Source of the DNA: a virus | Taxonomy: Duplodnaviria > Caudoviricetes | DNA length: 37,442 nucleotides | Reading direction: 5' to 3' (one strand) | IMG/VR virus record: IMGVR_UViG_3300005805_000215 | Location: 1-37,442 of that record | Shown: piece after piece, positions 32,355-37,442 of the stretch | How the letters are laid out: the number at the start of each line of letters is the position of its first letter | Numbering within the stretch: position 1 is the stretch's first letter | Notes under the pieces: model-generated | The model's database searches: none | What the model saw: only the letters and a program-made list of their open reading frames with translations | What the model was told of the DNA's origin: nothing | Position numbers and translations under genes: made by a program

Positions 32355-34235
32355 TTAACACTCTCCATAACTATGCCCCCATTTTGCCTCACATGCAACG
32401 GGTAAAGTCGGAGCCCAATCCGGTGGCGTAGACATCTTCTCCTCAATGAACTTCTGCGCGACCTCGCGTTCAACCTCTGGAACGACAACTACCGCTGCGT
32501 CATGCACGGTCAGCACAACCCTGTATCTTTCATTTATAGCAAGCATCTGTTCGCCTACTACAATCCTAGCCAACGCCTGCACCACGTTCTCGACCACTGC
32601 CCCGCCCCAGATACTGATCTCGCCCTTGCGTGACTTGTACTTGTACTGAGACTTCTCACCCTCGGTGTCGAACCGCAGCTTCGGGTAACGGATGAACAGA
32701 CCATTCGGCAGGGATATGCCCTCCTCAGTTACCTGCAATACCTGATGTTGCCCCAGATAAAACGGCTCAGACTTCTTGCCCCAGTTAGCTAGTTCGCCCA
32801 ACGCGTCGTCACATTCTTTCCATAGAGAAATAATATTGTCATTGACTTCACGATACAAATTGACTATCGCCTGACATTCTTCATCGGGAAGGGAAACGCT
32901 AATCGGCTGCGATGTCGCCAGCGTGTGCTGTAACTTTCTCCAGCCTGTGCCATAGCCCAAGCCCAGAACGCACGTCTTACCTACGAACCGCTCCTCTGGG
33001 TTCGCTTTGGTTATGGTTCGGTTGTAGACTTTGGAAGCAAAGATTGAATATACGTCTTCGCCGCTGGCGAATTGTTGAACAACATCATCTTGTCCTGCCA
33101 ACCAAGCCAGCACCCGTGCTTCGATCTGGGAGGAATCGCAGTTAATGACCACGTGGTTGTCTGGTGGAAGTACGGCGTTCTTGAGGGTCTTCTTCTTTTT
33201 ATCTCGGCTAGGAAGATTCTGGAAGTTAACTTTGTCTGAACCACTCCATCGTCCAGTGTGTGCACCGTAATATTTAAGGGGGATGGGTAGTAGTCCTCGA
33301 TTGCGCTTTCCGATGTCGATGAATCGAGTGATGCGTGACTCTTCCAAAGTTGACTTAGTTCCAAGTCTGACTGCACACAATTGCTGGACAAGTGTATTCT
33401 CGTGTTTCGACAGTTCGATAAAACCTTCGTCGTTCTTTGCCAAAGCAAAAGTTTCTTTCCCGGTAACAGGACTGATTTTGAGTGGCGGCGCGACGGGCGG
33501 GTCGAGGGACTGGAGGAGGGCAGCAAACTGCTTATTACTTGCAAGCTTTTTGCGGACAGCTTCTTCATCATCGCACTTTAACTCCTCTTTCAAAGTAGCC
33601 AGCAGGGAGTTCTTCTCTTCCCGCAAGTCTTCTAACCGTTGAACCAGCAACGCATCATCCACCTCAAACACCGGCTCGATGAACATGCGCAGCGTCATAT
33701 CAATGAGTTTTATCTCATTCGCAGGGAACATCGGGGCCATCAGATGAAACAGCTTGTAAGTCAACTCGGTGTCGTTCTTGCAATAGTCGCCGTACGCTGA
33801 GAGTTGTGCGGGGGTGAAGTCAGCCCTGCGCTTGCCCAACGCTTTAACTACCTCGTCGCCCTTCGCACCGATCTGATATCTCTCAGCCAACGCGCCGAGA
33901 CTGCCACCAGCATCTACGCCGTGGAGCGCACGAGCCATGCACAGTGTGTCCAAATAAAAAGCGGGGCGAATACCAAATCGCCAACCAAGTATTGCCCCGT
34001 CGAAAAGGGTGTTGTGGCATAGAAGTGCCGAGTCTGACCAATCGGTTAGTTCAGTTAAGTGTTTTTTTAGCTCGTCGTATGAGCCAGAAAACCAATACGC
34101 GGGGTCGTCATCGATCTTGATGCCGATGCCAATTTCTTCAAACTGCTTATCGCGCACGTATTCCTCAGTGGTCAGGTTCTTGAACCCAAACCCATCGGCG
34201 TAGTACGTTTCGAAATCAAGTGTTATTAGACTCAT
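32355..34235 (-). CDS. polA: DNA polymerase family A with 3'-5' exonuclease domain
   Basis: LDFETY, HNTLFD and YCKND exonuclease motifs; HTGRWS; motif A DSSQIEARVL; motif B RFVGKTCVLGLGYG; motif C VHDA. Confidence 0.95.
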   Translation of the reverse strand: MSLITLDFETYYADGFGFKNLTTEEYVRDKQFEEIGIGIKIDDDPAYWFSGSYDELKKHLTELTDWSDSALLCHNTLFDGAILGWRFGIRPAFYLDTLCMARALHGVDAGGSLGALAERYQIGAKGDEVVKALGKRRADFTPAQLSAYGDYCKNDTELTYKLFHLMAPMFPANEIKLIDMTLRMFIEPVFEVDDALLVQRLEDLREEKNSLLATLKEELKCDDEEAVRKKLASNKQFAALLQSLDPPVAPPLKISPVTGKETFALAKNDEGFIELSKHENTLVQQLCAVRLGTKSTLEESRITRFIDIGKRNRGLLPIPLKYYGAHTGRWSGSDKVNFQNLPSRDKKKKTLKNAVLPPDNHVVINCDSSQIEARVLAWLAGQDDVVQQFASGEDVYSIFASKVYNRTITKANPEERFVGKTCVLGLGYGTGWRKLQHTLATSQPISVSLPDEECQAIVNLYREVNDNIISLWKECDDALGELANWGKKSEPFYLGQHQVLQVTEEGISLPNGLFIRYPKLRFDTEGEKSQYKYKSRKGEISIWGGAVVENVVQALARIVVGEQMLAINERYRVVLTVHDAAVVVVPEVEREVAQKFIEEKMSTPPDWAPTLPVACEAKWGHSYGEC

Positions 34236-34238
34236 TAA

Positions 34239-34394
34239 TTACCATCTCGCTTCGCCGTGTGTCTCGACGCTTGGCTTCGGCTGTTTATCTTTGACCACAA
34301 GCTTCCATCCTTCTTGCATGAATCGCTGTGCGCTGTGCTTGTCCCAGAACTTGCGGAACAGATTGCCTTCATCGTCGTAGACTTCGTATCTCAT
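34239..34394 (-). CDS. Small hypothetical protein (51 aa, absent from ORF track)
   Basis: MRYEVYDDEGNLFRKFWDKHSAQRFMQEGWKLVVKDKQPKPSVETHGEARW; ATGA overlap with the upstream gene; ends 3 nt before polA. Confidence 0.8.
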   Translation of the reverse strand: MRYEVYDDEGNLFRKFWDKHSAQRFMQEGWKLVVKDKQPKPSVETHGEARW

Positions 34395-34585
34395 TTTTTA
34401 ACTTCCTTGTACAAGTCATTGACTCTATCGTTGTAAACCGCTTGTACGTCACCAAGTATGTCTGACAACACGTCTGCCTGTAAAAGAACATCTGCGTTTT
34501 TAAACTCTTCATTAAAATGAACTTTGGTTTCGTCTGTTTCGGGGTTGTAGCTAACAGATAAGACTCTCATAATTTCCTCTGACAC
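34391..34585 (-). CDS. Small acidic hypothetical protein (start possibly 34570)
   Basis: Tiles with neighbours; ATG 34570 has GAGG upstream and an ATGA overlap. Confidence 0.7.
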   Translation of the reverse strand: MSEEIMRVLSVSYNPETDETKVHFNEEFKNADVLLQADVLSDILGDVQAVYNDRVNDLYKEVKK

Positions 34586-34770
34586 GCGAACGCCTGTATG
34601 TCCACACGGAACGCATTAGCGAACTTGCAGTCACCAGCGATCCGCCCCTCAGTCTGAACAGTTCCTATCCATAGACCAAGCAAAAACAGCAGGATAGAAA
34701 TAAACGACTTAGCCCAGACTGCGTTAAGCCATGCCCAAACAGCTTTGTAGTTGATGGTGTCGATAATCAT
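34567..34770 (-). CDS. Small membrane protein
   Basis: 67 aa; hydrophobic FISILLFLLGLWIG segment and two Cys in the C-terminal part. Confidence 0.7.
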   Translation of the reverse strand: MIIDTINYKAVWAWLNAVWAKSFISILLFLLGLWIGTVQTEGRIAGDCKFANAFRVDIQAFACQRKL

Positions 34771-34994
34771 TTTGTCCCGTACGGTTTAATGTACGTGCCT
34801 GACCAGTGTGCGCCGTAGGGCTCATGGAAGAACACGCGCTTTTCTAGGTTGCGGTCTTTCTCGCCTTGGAAGAAACTGTTTGGTGAGACTGACCTAACTA
34901 AATTAATAGCGTCGTCAATGTGTCTCCTGTCGTTCGTCTCAGTAAACCGTCTGTGACCCTCTTTCAGCATCAGTTGGCATTGCTCATTTAGCAT
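34767..34994 (-). CDS. Hypothetical protein
   Basis: 75 aa; tiles with neighbours. Confidence 0.65.
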   Translation of the reverse strand: MLNEQCQLMLKEGHRRFTETNDRRHIDDAINLVRSVSPNSFFQGEKDRNLEKRVFFHEPYGAHWSGTYIKPYGTK

Positions 34995-34995
34995 A

Positions 34996-35283
34996 TCAAT
35001 CCCCTAGTCTTAACCGCGTTGAACTCAAGCACTGCCCTGTCATCTTGTCATACATGCTGCCTGTCACTGCATCCACCAGCATCTGCCGCATAAAAGTGGT
35101 GTCTGTCTCTTTGTCGTAGCACTCGATCTCAAACGGAACGAATACGCGCTCTAGGTCTCCGAGGATATCACTACTAACTACCCGCACTAATCTTTTTTTC
35201 TTCGGGTACTTCTTCAAAAGGGGCGGCATGTCAATTTCTTTAATGCAGCCGTTGCTGTATCGGATTTTTCTTTCTTCATTCAT
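34996..35283 (-). CDS. Hypothetical protein
   Basis: 95 aa; C-terminal DAVTGSMYDKMTGQCLSS; ATGA overlap with the upstream gene. Confidence 0.7.
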   Translation of the reverse strand: MNEERKIRYSNGCIKEIDMPPLLKKYPKKKRLVRVVSSDILGDLERVFVPFEIECYDKETDTTFMRQMLVDAVTGSMYDKMTGQCLSSTRLRLGD

Positions 35284-35618
35284 AGTGCGTTATCCCATGC
35301 GTCAACGGATGGTGCTAAGTGTTGTGTCCCACGCGGTCTGCGTACACGGAACTTGAAAAAGTTTTCTAACTCAGTTTCGTTCTGCGCAAGCATCCGCGCA
35401 TACAATGCAGCATAATTATTGTTCAGCTTAAAGCCTTCTGTATCACGCGAAGTTAATGACGCCTCATACCTCAGTGTTTCGTACAGACCACTGATGCCAT
35501 AATGATTTACTCCAGCGCGACGCATCGCTAAGGCCAATTCGCGTAAGCGTGTATATACCCATGGGTTAGCGGTATGAAACGTAGCAAAGTTCGCTGCAAT
35601 TTTGTCTTCTTCAGTCAC
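35280..35618 (-). CDS. Phage hypothetical protein
   Basis: 112 aa; FHTANPWVY...LRYE...FKLNNNYAALYAR...FF pattern; tiles with neighbours. Confidence 0.75.
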   Translation of the reverse strand: MTEEDKIAANFATFHTANPWVYTRLRELALAMRRAGVNHYGISGLYETLRYEASLTSRDTEGFKLNNNYAALYARMLAQNETELENFFKFRVRRPRGTQHLAPSVDAWDNAL

Positions 35619-35898
35619 GCTGTTCTCTCGCTTTCATCATTGCGTCTGCCATGTAATACGCTTCTTCAGCCATGTCTTTGTAGGTAATATCTCTCCCTTC
35701 CATGAATGCCCCGATAAGAAAACTATGTACAGCCTTCGCCGCAAAGTAATCGCGCAAGTCCATGCCTTCGGTATCGCCGTATAACTGCCTATTTGGAAAT
35801 GCTTTCATGTGTCCTCCATTTGTTAATACAACGCCCTCATCTACTCTGTCATCGTAAGCAGCGCAGCCTCGCTCGTAACATTCTTTGTTCAGGATCAT
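35611..35898 (-). CDS. Small phage protein of the GMxLRDYFAAKA type; second strong start at 35808
   Basis: AFP...GMDLRDYFAAKA...AYYMADAMMKARE; GGAGG precedes internal ATG 35808. Confidence 0.8.
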   Translation of the reverse strand: MILNKECYERGCAAYDDRVDEGVVLTNGGHMKAFPNRQLYGDTEGMDLRDYFAAKAVHSFLIGAFMEGRDITYKDMAEEAYYMADAMMKAREQRD

Positions 35899-36089
35899 GT
35901 GTTCTTCTCTTTTAGTTCTGATGCTATTTGATTTAACAAACCCAAAGCTTTTATCTTAGGTTCTGGTGAAGTGCTTGTGTCAGAAGCAATTTGTATGAGC
36001 CTCTCAATGACAAACATTTTTAGTTCATCTGCGGGGCAATCCCTGCCCTGTTTACATTCGCCATCGCAAGGTGGGCATATTCGTTTCAT
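35895..36089 (-). CDS. Small protein with an N-terminal Cys cluster
   Basis: From ATG 36089 (GAGGGG upstream, ATGA overlap): MKRICPPCDGECKQGRDCPA... Confidence 0.7.
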   Translation of the reverse strand: MKRICPPCDGECKQGRDCPADELKMFVIERLIQIASDTSTSPEPKIKALGLLNQIASELKEKNT

Positions 36090-36409
36090 GGCGCACCCCT
36101 CTCGCGGATAGCGAACGCGCAACGATCTGCGTAGCCGCCTTCGAACCCATCCTCATCAGATATCTTGTCGCACAACGCCGCACAAGCCTCGCGCTCCGCT
36201 TCCACAGCCTTTTGCACCAGCACTTTGATCTGGTCATCCAAAGCATCCAGCACCGTCTTTGCGGCATCATCCACAACAACATCAGGATTGACGAACACAC
36301 CATCTCTGGTGATGCGCATGACTTCTGTATGCTCAAATGCTTCTTTATGTTTCAAGAAAGTAATGTGCTCGTCTCTGTTTGTTTTAGGCCATCCATTCCA
36401 CTCACTCAT
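36086..36409 (-). CDS. Small phage protein of the EREACA type
   Basis: 107 aa; VEAEREACAALCD...CAFAIRERG. Confidence 0.75.
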   Translation of the reverse strand: MSEWNGWPKTNRDEHITFLKHKEAFEHTEVMRITRDGVFVNPDVVVDDAAKTVLDALDDQIKVLVQKAVEAEREACAALCDKISDEDGFEGGYADRCAFAIRERGAP

Positions 36410-36617
36410 TCTGCCCCCTTATCGCAGCGGCTATAGCCAATGTGCCGTAGCCTTCAATGCCCATCTGTTCAACTAATGCAGCTACCCTCTCGCGGTCTGC
36501 CAAAGTAATTAGCTGCGCAAACTTTTCCAAACTATTTACTGACTCGCGCACGTTGCCTTCGTATCGATGAAACTGAAATCCTGCTTCGTGTGCCATCCTG
36601 ATCAAATCATCGCGCAC
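36402..36617 (-). CDS. Small phage protein
   Basis: GTG 36617 has GAGGAG 6 nt upstream; MRDDLIRMAHEAG...LEKFAQL...AAAIRG. Confidence 0.7.
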   Translation of the reverse strand: MRDDLIRMAHEAGFQFHRYEGNVRESVNSLEKFAQLITLADRERVAALVEQMGIEGYGTLAIAAAIRGQNE

Positions 36618-36663
36618 TTTGTACTCCTCAATCAAGAAAAAAATACTAATTGAACTTTACTTA

Positions 36664-36936
36664 TTAATAGTCATCCTCGATGAAGTAACTCGGTACACGA
36701 TCTTCTATGCGACGACGTATCTCAACCTTTGTTTTGTTGATCTGCGCAACAGCAGGTTTCGTATACAACCCCCGCGCATCCGGCTTAATCTTCTCAGTCA
36801 CTGGTTTCTCATATAAGGATTCAAACGTATAGAAGTTCGTATTGCATCCAGTACAGCGGCGTTGTCTTCTTATTCCTTTATCCATTTTTACTGTGTTGAT
36901 CACAGCTGATCTTTTATTACCGCATTGGCAAAACAT
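36664..36936 (-). CDS. Zn-ribbon protein resembling the NrdR N-terminal domain
   Basis: MFCQCG...IRRQRRCTGCNTNFYTFE; GGAG upstream of ATG 36936. Confidence 0.75.
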   Translation of the reverse strand: MFCQCGNKRSAVINTVKMDKGIRRQRRCTGCNTNFYTFESLYEKPVTEKIKPDARGLYTKPAVAQINKTKVEIRRRIEDRVPSYFIEDDY

Positions 36937-36957
36937 AATTAAGGGCTCCAAACAGAC

Positions 36958-36991
36958 AAAAAAATAGCGTCCTAGCAGGGCTAGGACGCTA
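36958..36991 (-). terminator. Rho-independent terminator
   Basis: Perfect inverted repeat TAGCGTCCTAGC/GCTAGGACGCTA (36965-36991) followed on - by T7, just after the upstream stop. Confidence 0.88.
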
Positions 36992-36997
36992 AACAGG

Positions 36998-37435
36998 TTA
37001 GATGTGTTGAGAGAGAATCTCTCGCTCCAAGTACCACTTAGCTTTGCGTAAATCCTCTACACGACTACCTTTGTGATCGGCTCGTGTAATATACTTCACC
37101 ACGTTGCCCAAGTTATAGTTGAGCTTCTTGGCCTCGATAAAGTCAATCGTCTCGATGCCGCCCGTCGTGTAATGCGGTGGATGATTCACAAGGTCAACAT
37201 TAGAGTTACCGAACTCGTACTGCTCTCTCATACTAGAACCCTGTAACCGTGTCTTAGGGCGCAGCGGGGAACCTGCAATAGTCAGGTCGATCACATCTTT
37301 ATCTCGCATGGTCTTTCGCACGTAATACACATTGGCGATGTTGACCCCCAACGCTGCCGCTACATCTTTCGGCTTGGCTGCTGGATGTTTTTTGTAATAC
37401 GCACGGATGCGTCGTGCATCAGTTCTCTTAGCCAT
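36998..37435 (-). CDS. HTH-like N-terminus fused to a DUF3310 (SaV-like / T7 gp1.7-like) domain
   Basis: PKDVAAALGVNIANVYYVR; VNHPPHYTTGGIETIDFI...GNVVKYITRADHKG...DLRKAKWYLERE. Confidence 0.85.
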   Translation of the reverse strand: MAKRTDARRIRAYYKKHPAAKPKDVAAALGVNIANVYYVRKTMRDKDVIDLTIAGSPLRPKTRLQGSSMREQYEFGNSNVDLVNHPPHYTTGGIETIDFIEAKKLNYNLGNVVKYITRADHKGSRVEDLRKAKWYLEREILSQHI

Positions 37436-37442
37436 CTTAGTT

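Larger units (their letters stand above)
1..37442. mobile_element. Tailed bacteriophage genome segment (podovirus-like), with convergent structural/lysis and replication arms
   Basis: Tail fibres, endolysin, spanins and ejection-type proteins on +; PolA, SNF2 helicase and primase-helicase on -; almost no intergenic DNA; no cellular housekeeping genes. Confidence 0.97.

Noticed and set aside
36618-36663. Promoter or terminator in the AT-rich gap
   Set aside because: A T-run exists on - but without a convincing stem, and no -35/-10 pair could be assigned confidently.

Overview
The whole window is a gene-dense segment of a tailed dsDNA bacteriophage with podovirus-like organisation. An embedded Rz/Rz1 spanin pair implies a Gram-negative host. 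The + strand arm (1-24785) carries an acidic 20-aa-repeat protein, a cluster of tail-fibre/adaptor genes (including peptidase-G2-type chaperone and C1q-like domains), an unusually large lysis cassette around a GH19 endolysin, a P22 gp10-like tail protein, two GNAT-like genes each coupled to an ejection-type protein, and a 2144-aa polyvalent protein (MORN repeats, HExxH zincin motif, LPD38-like end). The - strand arm (24782-37435) carries a primase-helicase, HTH regulator, putative SSB, SNF2 helicase, HNH-like protein, PD-(D/E)xK nuclease, family A DNA polymerase (Leu762 type, motif C HDA), small accessory genes and a DUF3310 protein. Manual reading found several things the ORF track misses or mis-starts: a secreted 6-Cys peptide gene in the replication operon, two overprinted ORFs with strong SD sequences inside the giant gene, an apparent AUU-initiated lysis gene, a structured intergenic element before the helicase, and several small ORFs. 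No tRNA, rRNA, CRISPR array, integrase or reverse transcriptase was recognised. All family assignments come from motif recognition by eye; no searches were run.
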